64,000 nucleotides of DNA from Longimicrobiales bacterium (GTDB lineage Bacteria > Gemmatimonadota > Gemmatimonadetes > Longimicrobiales > Gaopeijiaceae). The notes under the pieces are model-generated. The model made no database searches, was not told where the DNA came from, and worked only from the letters and a program-made list of their open reading frames with translations. Shown piece after piece: positions 1 to 9,392 of the stretch (positions are counted from its first letter, which is position 1; each line of letters opens with the position of its first letter). The stretch spans positions 1,152,001 to 1,216,000 of the forward strand of contig CAXXKM010000003.1 in the NCBI GenBank assembly GCA_963664435.2. Reading direction: 5' to 3'. Both the position numbers and the translations under genes were made by a program.

Positions 1-218
1 AAGGACGCGCGGGGCTCGAGCCCAAGCGGGGCCGCGGCTGGCACTCGCTGAGGCGCAAGTTTGCTTCGGACCTCATGGACCTGCCTCTGAAGGTGCTCTG
101 CGACCTGGGCGGCTGGAAGACCGCCCAGACGGTCCTCCAGTGCTACCAGAAGCCCGATGAGGAACGCCTCAGGAGGGCTCTTGAGGAGTACCGGGAGGCC
201 GGTTTTGGGTCCAATTAG
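1..218 (+). CDS. Tyrosine integrase, C-terminal part (5' end outside window)
   Basis: Frame from nt 3 reads GLEPKRGRGWHSLRRKFASDLMDLPLKVLCDLGGWKTAQTVLQCYQKPD, stop TAG 216-218. HxLR/W/Y catalytic motifs; close paralogue of the 391-1557 integrase. Confidence 0.9.
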   Translation, partial: GRAGLEPKRGRGWHSLRRKFASDLMDLPLKVLCDLGGWKTAQTVLQCYQKPDEERLRRALEEYREAGFGSN

Positions 219-265
219 CGAACATAAATAGCGAACATCGGGACCCCCGAGTCGCGTAAGTTCAA

Positions 266-340
266 TGGGCGCTGCAGGATTCGAACCTGCGACCTCCTGC
301 TTGTAAGGCAGGCGCTCTGAACCAACTGAGCTAAGCGCCC
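266..340 (-). tRNA. trnV: tRNA-Val (anticodon TAC)
   Basis: Reverse complement GGGCGCTTAGCTCAGTTGGTTCAGAGCGCCTGCCTTACAAGCAGGAGGTCGCAGGTTCGAATCCTGCAGCGCCCA folds as a cloverleaf with T-loop TTCGAAT. Confidence 0.97.
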
Positions 341-343
341 CGC
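301..343 (+). repeat. att site, left copy (tRNA 5' half from the anticodon loop)
   Basis: TTGTAAGGCAGGCGCTCTGAACCAACTGAGCTAAGCGCCCCGC, identical to 50466-50508. Confidence 0.92.
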
Positions 344-390
344 AACGACTTACGGGATTCCAGGGGTGGGATTCCCGCTTTTTATTCCCG

Positions 391-1557
391 CTAAATGGAT
401 CCGGAAGTAGCCCGGCGACGCTCTTCAAGAGCCTCTCTGAGCCGATCCACGTCCGCGTGTTGGTAACACTGAAGGATCGTGTGGGGCGTCTTCCAGCCGC
501 CCAGTTCGCAGAGCACCTTCAGTGGCTGGTCCATGAGGTCAGACGCGAACTTGCGCCTCAGGGAGTGCCAGCCACGCCCGCGCTTCGGCGCCAGCCCTGC
601 AAGCGCCTCGGCTTTCCGCCACCAGACACGCACGCGGGACCGGTCCAAGCACCTCGACGGGTCCTTCGGCGCGGGCAGCACGGGAGCGTTCCCGGTGCTG
701 GGGTTCCGCATCCGCGCCTCCTCCAGGACGGTCAGCACCTCGACCGTTATCGGCGTCCGGTGTTCGTATCCGGTCTTCTCATTCTCGGCGCGCCACCGAA
801 TAGTCTTGTCCTCCACGTCGATGTCCGACCAGCGAAGCTGGCGGATCGCACCGATACGGTGTCCCGTTTCGTGGGCGATTACAAGCGCCACACGGAACCG
901 CCAATCAATCCGCGGCGACACCCTGAGCAGCGCCTCGTACTCCTCTGGCGTGAGGACCACGCGGGTCGGATTCTTCTCCTTCGGCGCCTTGAGGCCCCTC
1001 AGCGGGTTGAACTCGAGGAGGAGTCTTCCCTCCTCGTCTCTGGACTTCGCGGCCCAGTTGAGGATCGCGATCAGGAACTTCAGGTCGCGTTCGATGGTGC
1101 GGTCGGACACCGGCCTGCCACTATGCCCCACCCTGCCCGTGCGCCGTTCCCGGATGAACCGGTCCCAGTCGCGTTGGGAGAGCGTGGCGGGCTTCCGGTT
1201 CCTTCCGAACAACCGAAGGAACATCGCCATCGTCCGGCGGTCGTACTTCTGCGCCCGCCCACTCTTGGTGGGGGTTACTTCGTCTCGGTAGATGTCAAAA
1301 AGCCCTTCCAGCGTGAGCGGCTCGGGCTCCCGTTCATCCCGGGGCCTCGGGCGAGTGAAGCCCGCGGCAAGTTCGTCCGCTTGCTTCTTGGCTTGGGCCC
1401 AGTCGCGGTGCTTCAGCGACCGGCTCAGCCTTCGACGCTTCTCGCGCCACTCGATCTGGAACAAGCCGGTCTTGGGATCGGGGAAGACCCTCACCCGGTT
1501 CCGGCCCCATTCGCCGGCGCTGTACGCGCGCCGGTCACGTTTCGTGCGTGCCATCAT
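391..1557 (-). CDS. Tyrosine recombinase/integrase of the ICE
   Basis: TGHRIGAIRQLRW (R), WHSLRR (HxxR), GGW and terminal Y motifs; adjacent to the tRNA att site. Confidence 0.95.
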   Translation of the reverse strand: MMARTKRDRRAYSAGEWGRNRVRVFPDPKTGLFQIEWREKRRRLSRSLKHRDWAQAKKQADELAAGFTRPRPRDEREPEPLTLEGLFDIYRDEVTPTKSGRAQKYDRRTMAMFLRLFGRNRKPATLSQRDWDRFIRERRTGRVGHSGRPVSDRTIERDLKFLIAILNWAAKSRDEEGRLLLEFNPLRGLKAPKEKNPTRVVLTPEEYEALLRVSPRIDWRFRVALVIAHETGHRIGAIRQLRWSDIDVEDKTIRWRAENEKTGYEHRTPITVEVLTVLEEARMRNPSTGNAPVLPAPKDPSRCLDRSRVRVWWRKAEALAGLAPKRGRGWHSLRRKFASDLMDQPLKVLCELGGWKTPHTILQCYQHADVDRLREALEERRRATSGSI

Positions 1558-1952
1558 TCGATTCCTTTTTCGATGATGGACTGCACGATCTGCGCATTTG
1601 AAACCTCACCCGATCGGCGCTTCTCCGCCAGTCTCGGCTCGGCGGGCGCATGGGCCTTCCGGGGGAGGTCCTTGAGGGCGATCCTGGGCGCGCCGGGGCG
1701 TCCGGCGTTGGGGATCCTGCCGTCGCGGACGAGCCGTCCGAGGTGGTCGGCGGAGTATCCGCTCTCCCGCGAAGCCTCGACGAGCGAGAACGTGGTCTCG
1801 TCGCGCTCGACGAGGGTGGCTTCGAGGTCGTCGGCGCAGCGTTCGATCGCGGTGGCCGGGGTCGCTCCGCCGTAACGGCGGAGCGACTTGGCTTGTCTGC
1901 GCCAGTTGGCGGGCAGGCCCTCGACGGTCGGTCGATCCTTCATGCGCGTCAC
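1554..1952 (-). CDS. Small HTH protein, putative excisionase/recombination directionality factor
   Basis: FSLVEASRESGYSADHLGRLVRDGRIP is an Xis/MerR-like HTH; stop overlaps the integrase start. Confidence 0.65.
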   Translation of the reverse strand: MTRMKDRPTVEGLPANWRRQAKSLRRYGGATPATAIERCADDLEATLVERDETTFSLVEASRESGYSADHLGRLVRDGRIPNAGRPGAPRIALKDLPRKAHAPAEPRLAEKRRSGEVSNAQIVQSIIEKGIE

Positions 1953-2263
1953 TCCCAGTCTCCTTCGGCGTCCCTGCGGAGCGCATCGGCGAGGTCATGA
2001 TCCCCTTCACCGCGCCGGACGGACCGCTCGGCGAGATCGACGCGGCTGCCGAGATCGGCGAGCCCCGTGGCGCGGGCAACGCCGTAGATGGCGGCCGCGA
2101 CGGTGAAGACGGCGAACGCCGCGTGCAGGCCGACGCCGACGCCATGCCGGGCGAAGATGAGCGACCAGTGGGGCGCGAGGTATTCGAGGCGGGATCCGCC
2201 GAGGAGCAGGACGGATCCCACGAGCGCGGCGCTCAGTCCCGCGCTGATCTTCCAAGGCTGCAT
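1949..2263 (-). CDS. Small membrane protein
   Basis: Two hydrophobic segments; overlaps the next gene by 4 nt; GGAG RBS upstream. Confidence 0.6.
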   Translation of the reverse strand: MQPWKISAGLSAALVGSVLLLGGSRLEYLAPHWSLIFARHGVGVGLHAAFAVFTVAAAIYGVARATGLADLGSRVDLAERSVRRGEGDHDLADALRRDAEGDWE

Positions 2264-2285
2264 GGCGGGGTGTCCTCCCTGACGG

Positions 2286-3188
2286 TCAGAGTTCGACGGA
2301 GGCCGGATCGCGGTCGGCGCGTCCCCCGGTCCAAGAACCGTCGTCGCCGTGGCCCAGGCCGAGCTTTTGGAGCATGCCCGCGGCGGCCGGGCCGCTGGCG
2401 TGCATCGCGAACCCGGCGGCGGCCTTGGCGGTCAGCGCCGGTTCGCGGTAGTTGCCGGACGCGACCTCGACGTTGATGCGTCCGGTGCGTCCCTCGGCGT
2501 CCTCGTACTCAATCTGCGCGTCCGGGTAGAGCACCTGGCCGGCCTCGTCGAGAGGCAGCCCGAGCTCTTCGGCCGTGCGGTGCCGCTCGGCATCGGCGGC
2601 GCTCTTGCCGTTCCGCCGCCGCTCCGCCTCGCTCGCTCGCGCGACGGCGCTCTTGAGTTCCGCGTCGAGGCGGACGCGGCGCACCCGCGCGTCCCGCCTG
2701 CGGAGCCGCTCCCGTTCCCGGGCGCAGGCGCGGTAGACGGCGGTGTCGTGGCTGGCCTGGGCGTCCCGGATGCGGGGGATTTCGATCCGCTGCTGCCGGT
2801 CCATCCCCCGCGCGGCGGCGAGCTTCCGCGCGTCGGCGACGCCGGCCGGGGTGAGCGTGAGGACCTTGAACGGGTTGCCGTTCGGGCCGGTGACGGTGGT
2901 CTCGGTGACAAGCCCGTCCTCGATCCACATGTCAACGGCGCGGCGCGTGGTGTAGGGATGCCCGCCGAAGCGCGCCTCGGCGAGGTCGCGGAACGATACC
3001 GCGCCGTGGACGCCGATGTCGGCCAGCGCCCCGGCGCAACGTTCGGGGAAGGGGATGGACCCGCGCGCCCGGTCCGCAGCGTATTCTCGGCGGTGGCCGT
3101 CCCGCATCGGCAAGCGATTGCGGCTGGGTGGCGCGGTGGGGCGCGGGTCCGGTCCGACCTTGCGGTCGAACATTCCTCTCCCTCTCAT
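2286..3188 (-). CDS. Replication-relaxation (Replic_Relax/MOBC-like) relaxase candidate
   Basis: Winged-helix-like N-terminal part, then YPDAQIEY...INVEV PD-(D/E)xK-like motif; last gene of the conjugation operon. Start uncertain. Confidence 0.55.
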   Translation of the reverse strand: MRGRGMFDRKVGPDPRPTAPPSRNRLPMRDGHRREYAADRARGSIPFPERCAGALADIGVHGAVSFRDLAEARFGGHPYTTRRAVDMWIEDGLVTETTVTGPNGNPFKVLTLTPAGVADARKLAAARGMDRQQRIEIPRIRDAQASHDTAVYRACARERERLRRRDARVRRVRLDAELKSAVARASEAERRRNGKSAADAERHRTAEELGLPLDEAGQVLYPDAQIEYEDAEGRTGRINVEVASGNYREPALTAKAAAGFAMHASGPAAAGMLQKLGLGHGDDGSWTGGRADRDPASVEL

Positions 3189-3195
3189 CGGTCGT

Positions 3196-4233
3196 TCAGC
3201 GGCTCGGCCCGGCGCTCCGCGCGGGCGTTGGGAGCTGCGGCACGGGGACCTGGATCCGCTGGGGTCCCTGCGGTCCGGGCACGCGGGTCGCGGCCGCGGC
3301 CATGGGTTCCCGCGCGGTCTCGCGCTCGATGTGACGCACGAGCACGAAGTCGGAGATCCGCTGCGCGTCTGCGGCGGCGCGCCGGATCTCGCGCGGGTCC
3401 TCCTCGAGTGCCTGGATCCAGCCCTCGACGTAGGCGGCGCCCCGCGCCGGGTCGTGCCCGACCCCGACACGCTCGCCCGTCATCATCGCGCTGATCTCGG
3501 CCCTCAGCTCCTCCCTCGCGTAGGCGGGCGAGCCGAACCCGTTCTTGATCCCGTCGATGAGCGTCTCGCGCTTCATCCGCTCCTCGTGGCCGGTGCTGTG
3601 GCCCAGTTCGTGGAGCGCGGTCTGGTAGTAGTGGTTCGCCGAGGGGAACTGCCCGCGCTCGGGCAGCACGATCTCGTCGCGCTTCATGTGGTAGTAGGCG
3701 CGGTCGCCCTGGACGTGGCGGACCGGAACGCCCCCGTCCTCCATGACCTTTTCGGCCGCCTGGTGGACCTTCCAGAGCGGCTCGGGCGTCGGGTTCGCAC
3801 GCTCGGGCAGCCCGTCGGCCTGCTCGGCGTTGAACACGGTGTACTGGCGCACGAACGGTGCCTTGAGCTTCTCGTAGCGGTAGATGCGGTTGCCCTCGGC
3901 GTTCCGCTTCGGCTTCCCGCGCTCGTCGGTGACGGCGATCCGCTTCTTGTCCTGGAAGGAGAGGATGCGGGTGCCGCTCTCGCCCTTTCTGACCTGACCG
4001 CCCCGGGCCTGGATCTGGCGGTAGGTGCCCCAGCGCACGTCGCCGTAGCCGTGCTCCTGCTGGACGGCGGCGAGGTGCAGGCTGTTGCCGCCCCGGTAGG
4101 AGCGATCGGTGTCCACGTTCATGGGCATCACGCGCTCGCCCGGCGCCCACGGCTTCTGCCAGGGCGCGGTGCCCTGCCTGATCTGCTCGATGATCGCGTC
4201 GGCGAACTTGCGGTGGTATTCGTCGTGGTTCAT
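3196..4233 (-). CDS. ardC: ArdC-like ssDNA-binding antirestriction protein (DUF1738 + zincin domain)
   Basis: APWQKPW, YRGGN, WGTYRQ, VFNAEQ, HELGH, YAREELRAE motifs. Confidence 0.9.
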   Translation of the reverse strand: MNHDEYHRKFADAIIEQIRQGTAPWQKPWAPGERVMPMNVDTDRSYRGGNSLHLAAVQQEHGYGDVRWGTYRQIQARGGQVRKGESGTRILSFQDKKRIAVTDERGKPKRNAEGNRIYRYEKLKAPFVRQYTVFNAEQADGLPERANPTPEPLWKVHQAAEKVMEDGGVPVRHVQGDRAYYHMKRDEIVLPERGQFPSANHYYQTALHELGHSTGHEERMKRETLIDGIKNGFGSPAYAREELRAEISAMMTGERVGVGHDPARGAAYVEGWIQALEEDPREIRRAAADAQRISDFVLVRHIERETAREPMAAAATRVPGPQGPQRIQVPVPQLPTPARSAGPSR

Positions 4234-4427
4234 TCGTCCACCTCCTCGCCGTGCGGGTCGTTCCAGGCGGCCACGATCTCGTCCTCGGTCCCGACATCCT
4301 CGGGGAAGAGGCCGTACTCCTCGGCCAGGTAGGCCCGGACTTCGAGGGTCTCGCCGCCGTCGCGGGCGAGTTCGAGGTCGAAGTCCTCGAACGTCTCGAT
4401 GGGGATGGTTCCGCCGTTCCAGGTCAT
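4230..4427 (-). CDS. Small acidic hypothetical protein
   Basis: ATGA overlaps with both neighbours; GGAGG RBS. Confidence 0.55.
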   Translation of the reverse strand: MTWNGGTIPIETFEDFDLELARDGGETLEVRAYLAEEYGLFPEDVGTEDEIVAAWNDPHGEEVDE

Positions 4428-5437
4428 GGGTTCACCTCCTTCGGTGGGTGGGTGTGGGTTCTGCTTTCCCGTTGCGTCCCGGGCTGCGCTCCGGACGGCG
4501 CGGTGATCCAGTGGCCGGTGGGCGCGTCGTAGCCGCATACCTCGAGCGCGTCCTCGACGAACCGTCTGCCGCTGCGGCGGGCCACGTGCAGGACGAGCGC
4601 GATCCCGTCGACGACGCCCCGGCAGGTGACCTCCCAGGGCAGCGCGTCTCCGGCCTGCATGGCGCAGCTCGCGAGCCGCGAGAGCGCGGAGCGCGCGTTG
4701 TTGGCGTGGATGGTGGTCAGCGATCCGCCGTGGCCGGTGTTGAGCGCCTGCAGCAGGTCGGCGGCCTCGCCGCCCCGGACCTCGCCGACGACGATGTGGT
4801 CGGGCCGGTGGCGCAGCGCGTGGCGCACCAGGTCCCGGATCTCGACGGGCGTCTCGGAGAGCGTGGCCCCGGCCTCGAACCGGAGGCAGTTGGCGCGGTC
4901 GATCCTGAGTTCGAGCGTGTCCTCGATGGCGACGATCCGCTCGTCTTCCGGCAGCAGTTCGATCAGCGCGTTCAGGAGCGTGGTCTTGCCCGAGCCCGTG
5001 CCGCCGGAGACCAGGATGTTCTGGCGCGACGCAAGCGTGCTCCGAGCGGCTTCGAGGATGTCCTCAGGCAGCGAGCCCAGGCGCACCAGGTCCTCGGCCG
5101 AGAACGCACGGCCGCCGAACCGGCGGATGGTGATCGCGACCTCGGGACTCGCGGGCGGGGTGCAGATGGCGACCCGCGATCCGTCTTCGAGCCGAGCGTC
5201 CAGGATCGGCCGCGCGGCGGGATCGAGCCCGAGCGGGCGGGCGATGTGGATGGCGGCGCGGTGCAGCCAGGCTGACGTGAGTGCGGGAGCCTCGTGAGGC
5301 TCCAACTTCCCGGCCCGCTCGACCCAGACGTTGCCGGGCCCGTTGATCATGATCTCGGAGACCTGCGCGTCTTCGAGCAGCTCCTCCAGGCCCGGAAGGA
5401 ACGGAGTGAGGTGGCCGACGCCGCTCGCGCGCTTCAT
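4424..5437 (-). CDS. virB11: VirB11/CpaF-family secretion ATPase
   Basis: VSEIMING, Walker A GGTGSGKT, IEDTLEL, LRHRPDHIVVGEVRG, NTGH. Confidence 0.92.
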   Translation of the reverse strand: MKRASGVGHLTPFLPGLEELLEDAQVSEIMINGPGNVWVERAGKLEPHEAPALTSAWLHRAAIHIARPLGLDPAARPILDARLEDGSRVAICTPPASPEVAITIRRFGGRAFSAEDLVRLGSLPEDILEAARSTLASRQNILVSGGTGSGKTTLLNALIELLPEDERIVAIEDTLELRIDRANCLRFEAGATLSETPVEIRDLVRHALRHRPDHIVVGEVRGGEAADLLQALNTGHGGSLTTIHANNARSALSRLASCAMQAGDALPWEVTCRGVVDGIALVLHVARRSGRRFVEDALEVCGYDAPTGHWITAPSGAQPGTQRESRTHTHPPKEVNP

Positions 5438-7476
5438 ATCCGGCCCTCCTCGCGTTGCCGCCAGTAGCCCTGCTCCCTGGGCAGGTAGTGGGGCTTGAGG
5501 TAGACGCGGCGGGCCGGGAGCGACTTGACGCCGTCGTAGGGCAGACAGATCGCCTGGTAGTTGGCGAGCAGCCCGAACTGGCGCGGCGTGAACACGGGCT
5601 CCCTCTGCCGGCGGAACGACTTGCTCGCGCCGATGCTGCCGTCCCCTCCTCCGGCGCGGCCGGACAGGAGCGAGAACTCGGGTTTGTTCGTGGTCTCGGT
5701 GAACGTGTAGGAGGCCTGCGTCTTCATGACGGAGCCGCACATGTCGGACGCGATCTTGGCCGACGCGTCGTCGGACAGCGACAGGAAGATCCGGGTGCGG
5801 AGCGTCTGGACGAGCGTGCGCCAGGCCTCGCCCGAGGGGAGCACGGAGCGAAGCGAGGAGATCGACTGCGTGGCCACGATCGGGATGCACCGGCACTGGC
5901 GCGTGAGCGCGAACGCCTTCTCGTCGCCCGACGGATCGTCCTGCCCGACGGTGGCGAACGCCTGGTACTCGTCGCATATGAACACGGCGGGCCGCATGTA
6001 GCGCTCGGGACGGCGCGCGGCTTCGGCGGGCCGCCGGAGCAGCGCCTGCATCCACGCGTTCTTGAGGAACACGCCGATCGCGCGGGCAAGCGCCGGGTTC
6101 GCGCCGGCGGGCATGTTCAGCGCCAGCACCTTGCCGCCCTCGATCAGGTCGCTGAGCGGCGGCAGCCTCCGGCGGAGTCCCGGCATGGGCTGGACATCCG
6201 GTGCCTCGTCGCCGTCCCCGTCCTCGTCCTCGGTCCGCTTGGCCGGGGGATCGTCGGCCGGCGGCGGCGGACAGAACACGCCGGCCACCTCGGGCTGGTC
6301 GAACAGCGACAGGAAGACGCTGATCCCCTCGACGATCGAGGTGCGGAGCTTGGCGTCGAGCGCCATCCAGTCGTGCCGGTACCATCGTTCGATGGCCTCG
6401 ACCTGCTCGGCGTACTCGCGTCCCGCGCCCCCGCCTTCCGGCTCCGTCCGATATTCGACCTTCAGCTCCGCGAGCAGGGTCGCGCGTTCCGGATCGAGCC
6501 GGCACGCCACCGTGGCGCTGCCGGGCGCCATGTCCCAGTCCCAGTCCTCGAGAGCCTTCCGGTGTGCGTTGAGATCCTTGGCGGCGATGACGGCCCGCAT
6601 CGGACACAGCCGCAAAGCCTCCGCCTTCGCCTCCCCGATCTTGCTGGCGAACAACTCGGCGTCGACCGTGCAGCGGTAGATGTCGCGGAGCGTGACCCAG
6701 CTCCCCGGAAGGAGCCGGTGAAGCTCGACGATCCACCGGACGAGGTTCGTGTATGCCTGCTGCCAGAACGGTTCGCGCGACTTGCCGAAGAGCTGGTTGA
6801 TGAGCGACGCCACGCCGTAGGCCATCGAGTAGGAGTCGAGCAGCGGATCGTCGAGCGGGTTCCACTGCCACGACCCCCCGAGCCCGATTTCGAGGTAGTC
6901 GTCCTCCCGGTCGGCCTCGCACAGGATGCGGCGGACCTGGTGGCAGAAGTCGCCCTTGACTTCGAGCACGAGCGCGCCCGCGCGCCGCCGGGGATCGTCC
7001 GCCTGCCAAGTGAGCAGCTGCCGAGCGAACGGGTACATGCAGGCGGTCGTCTTGCCGGTGCCGACGGCCCCGACGACGAGGATGCCGGTGTAGAGTCCTT
7101 TCTCGGGGACGACGAGCCAGGAGGGCTGGTCGCTCTCGGCGGCCACGGTTGGGTGGTGCAGTTCGCCGACCACGAGCGACGGCGCGTCGTCCTTGGGCGA
7201 GACGGGCCAGGCCGGAAGCCTGCCGCGGTTCCGGCGGCGAGTGAGCGGCTGGATCCAGACCCTCGCGACCGAGACCATGATGCTGCCGGCCAGGAGCACC
7301 GCGACGCCCGGCGCGAGAAAGTACCAGAGGTGGATCGCGCGGTGCAGGCCCGGATCGTGATGGGCGATCAGGTCGAGGTACGGGTTGCCGCCCGGACCGG
7401 GGAACGGCGCGACGAACGTGCGCCAGGCGAGCGCCGTCAGGGCCAATCCGATGAGGACGAGCGTCCACGGCCTCAT
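5434..7476 (-). CDS. virD4: Type IV coupling protein (VirD4/TraD-like)
   Basis: Two N-terminal TM segments, GAVGTGKT, LEVKGDF, WNPL, ICDEYQ, ATQS. Confidence 0.85.
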   Translation of the reverse strand: MRPWTLVLIGLALTALAWRTFVAPFPGPGGNPYLDLIAHHDPGLHRAIHLWYFLAPGVAVLLAGSIMVSVARVWIQPLTRRRNRGRLPAWPVSPKDDAPSLVVGELHHPTVAAESDQPSWLVVPEKGLYTGILVVGAVGTGKTTACMYPFARQLLTWQADDPRRRAGALVLEVKGDFCHQVRRILCEADREDDYLEIGLGGSWQWNPLDDPLLDSYSMAYGVASLINQLFGKSREPFWQQAYTNLVRWIVELHRLLPGSWVTLRDIYRCTVDAELFASKIGEAKAEALRLCPMRAVIAAKDLNAHRKALEDWDWDMAPGSATVACRLDPERATLLAELKVEYRTEPEGGGAGREYAEQVEAIERWYRHDWMALDAKLRTSIVEGISVFLSLFDQPEVAGVFCPPPPADDPPAKRTEDEDGDGDEAPDVQPMPGLRRRLPPLSDLIEGGKVLALNMPAGANPALARAIGVFLKNAWMQALLRRPAEAARRPERYMRPAVFICDEYQAFATVGQDDPSGDEKAFALTRQCRCIPIVATQSISSLRSVLPSGEAWRTLVQTLRTRIFLSLSDDASAKIASDMCGSVMKTQASYTFTETTNKPEFSLLSGRAGGGDGSIGASKSFRRQREPVFTPRQFGLLANYQAICLPYDGVKSLPARRVYLKPHYLPREQGYWRQREEGRI

Positions 7477-7509
7477 GCGTGCAACACCCTTCCCGGAGGG
7501 ATCGATGCT

Positions 7510-7605
7510 GCGGGAGCGACCCCTGGAGGGCGTGGGGGCGAGTTGTGTGAAAACACACTCGCCGCTACGCCGCACCGAGCCTTCGGCGAGGGGGGTCGCT
7601 CCCGC
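7510..7605. other. Candidate oriT (nested inverted repeats)
   Basis: GCGGGAGCGACCCC (7510-7523) pairs with GGGGTCGCTCCCGC (7592-7605), enclosing the hairpin GGCGAGTTGTGT-GAAA-ACACACTCGCC, in the only large gap of the tra operon. Confidence 0.45.
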
Positions 7606-7774
7606 CACGGCCGATGCGGCCCGTCCGGCAACGGGCGGGCGGGCCGCGAGGCCGCAAGACGCCACCGCGCAAGCGGATGGACGGAAGGCCCGGCGTGAAT
7701 CGCCGGAGGGCCGAATCGTGAAACGACCCCTCGCGTCGTTTTCACGCCGCGGTGCGGCACAGCACGCTGGCCGC

Positions 7775-8707
7775 TCATCGGTAGCGGACCCTCGCGAGGC
7801 GCTCGGTCCGCCAGGCGACGCCGCGGTCGATCGATCCGCGCCCGCCCCGCCGGCGCGCTTGTCTTTCGAGCGCGACGCTGCGCTTCAGCGCGGCCTGGAG
7901 GCCGCCGAACTCCTCGAGGACGTGGACCGCGCCCTGAAGGATCGCCCGCTCGATGCGGGCAAGTTCCTCGGCCGTCCCGGGTTCGGTTCCGGCGCGTCCG
8001 GTGGACCCGGCCCATCCGCGCGTCACCCGCCGCGCACGCTGCAGTTCGCGCCCGGTGCGGGCGACAGCGACGACCTCGACCGACCGGCCAAGTCTCCGTA
8101 GCGCGCGCCAGAGTCCGCGGTGCGCCTTGCCCCACGAGCGGAGCGCCGTCGAGGTGTCGTGGCCGGGGTCGGCGTAGACGAACAGGGCGCGCGCCGAGTC
8201 GAGCGCGACGGGCAGCTTGACGGGGAAGTGGCGCCGGGTGTTCCCGGCGGCTCCCCGGTACACGCGCACGGGCAGCAGCGAGCGCTCGATGCCGAGCGCC
8301 TCGAACGCGGCGACCTTCTCGGTTTCGGTCGGCAGCCAAGGCAGGTCGGCATGCTCGATCACGTAGTCGAGCGAAAGCAGGCGCCGCAGGAGCACCTCGG
8401 TCGATGCGCCGCGGCGGTGGCGGATGTGCTCCGCGCCGAGCGCCCGGTAGACGGGCCGTGAGAAGATCCGGCAGACCCGGCCCATGCCGGCGATGCGGGG
8501 CTCGGTCTCCTCGCTCGCGACGCGCGCCGCGATCAGCGCGTGGACGCCGCGCCGGACCTGTTCCGGGTGCGCGTTCATGAACCGCGTCCACTGGGCGCGC
8601 GTGCACACGCCGCTGTGCAGGCACACCAGCGCGATCCACTCGGCCTCGCGTCCCTTCCAGCCGAACGGTTCAAGCGCCTGCTCGCGCCCTTTGAGGTGCG
8701 CGATCAT
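7775..8707 (-). CDS. Hypothetical ICE protein, possibly relaxosome component
   Basis: Coupled to virB8 by overlap; GREAEWIALVCLHSGVCTRAQW start looks winged-helix-like; directly upstream of the oriT candidate. Confidence 0.6.
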   Translation of the reverse strand: MIAHLKGREQALEPFGWKGREAEWIALVCLHSGVCTRAQWTRFMNAHPEQVRRGVHALIAARVASEETEPRIAGMGRVCRIFSRPVYRALGAEHIRHRRGASTEVLLRRLLSLDYVIEHADLPWLPTETEKVAAFEALGIERSLLPVRVYRGAAGNTRRHFPVKLPVALDSARALFVYADPGHDTSTALRSWGKAHRGLWRALRRLGRSVEVVAVARTGRELQRARRVTRGWAGSTGRAGTEPGTAEELARIERAILQGAVHVLEEFGGLQAALKRSVALERQARRRGGRGSIDRGVAWRTERLARVRYR

Positions 8708-9372
8708 CGCTCCTCCCCCGTCACCAGCGCCCGGTCGGCCTGGAGGTAGGTGATGAGGATGCCCATGGGGTTGTGGACGACCAGCTCGGGCGGGATCGAG
8801 TCGAGGAACTCGAACCGGAGCGCGACGGACCAGCGCTCGCGCAGGACCTCCTGTCCGGCCGCGAGATGCACGACCTCGAAGTCGGCCGTGGCGCCGTGCA
8901 GCGGCTCGGGCGAGGGATGGATGCGGAGCACGACCCGCTCGACCTGGCGTTCGGTCTCGGCCGTGCCGGCCGCCACGCTCGCGACCTCGTCACCGTCGCT
9001 GGCGAACGCGGCGTTCGCGAGTTCGGTCGACAGGAACCGGAGGCTCCGGGTCCAGTACTCCTGGACGGTCACGCGGCGGCGCGAGTGGAAGTCGTTGACG
9101 AACCGGTTCAGGAAGTACTTGGTCGTGGGATCGAGCGGATCGGCCTGGGCGGTGGCGGCCTCGTAGGCGAGCGCCTCGGCGCGCCCGACCTCGTCGACCC
9201 GCACCACGATGGGCTTGGGCGGCTCGGTGCCCGCGATGCGCAGCAGGACGAACACGCCGAGGACGCAGCTCGCGGAGAGGAAGATCAGGATCGTCCGCAG
9301 CTTCCGGTTCGCCTGCACCACCTCGCCCCATATCTCGGCGTACTCGCGGCCGGCGTTCCTGTCTCGTTTCAT
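8704..9372 (-). CDS. virB8: VirB8/TrbF-family protein
   Basis: N-terminal TM, PIVVRVDEVG, C-terminal NPMGILI motif. Confidence 0.85.
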   Translation of the reverse strand: MKRDRNAGREYAEIWGEVVQANRKLRTILIFLSASCVLGVFVLLRIAGTEPPKPIVVRVDEVGRAEALAYEAATAQADPLDPTTKYFLNRFVNDFHSRRRVTVQEYWTRSLRFLSTELANAAFASDGDEVASVAAGTAETERQVERVVLRIHPSPEPLHGATADFEVVHLAAGQEVLRERWSVALRFEFLDSIPPELVVHNPMGILITYLQADRALVTGEER

Positions 9373-9392
9373 TACCAGGATCTCCTCATGTC

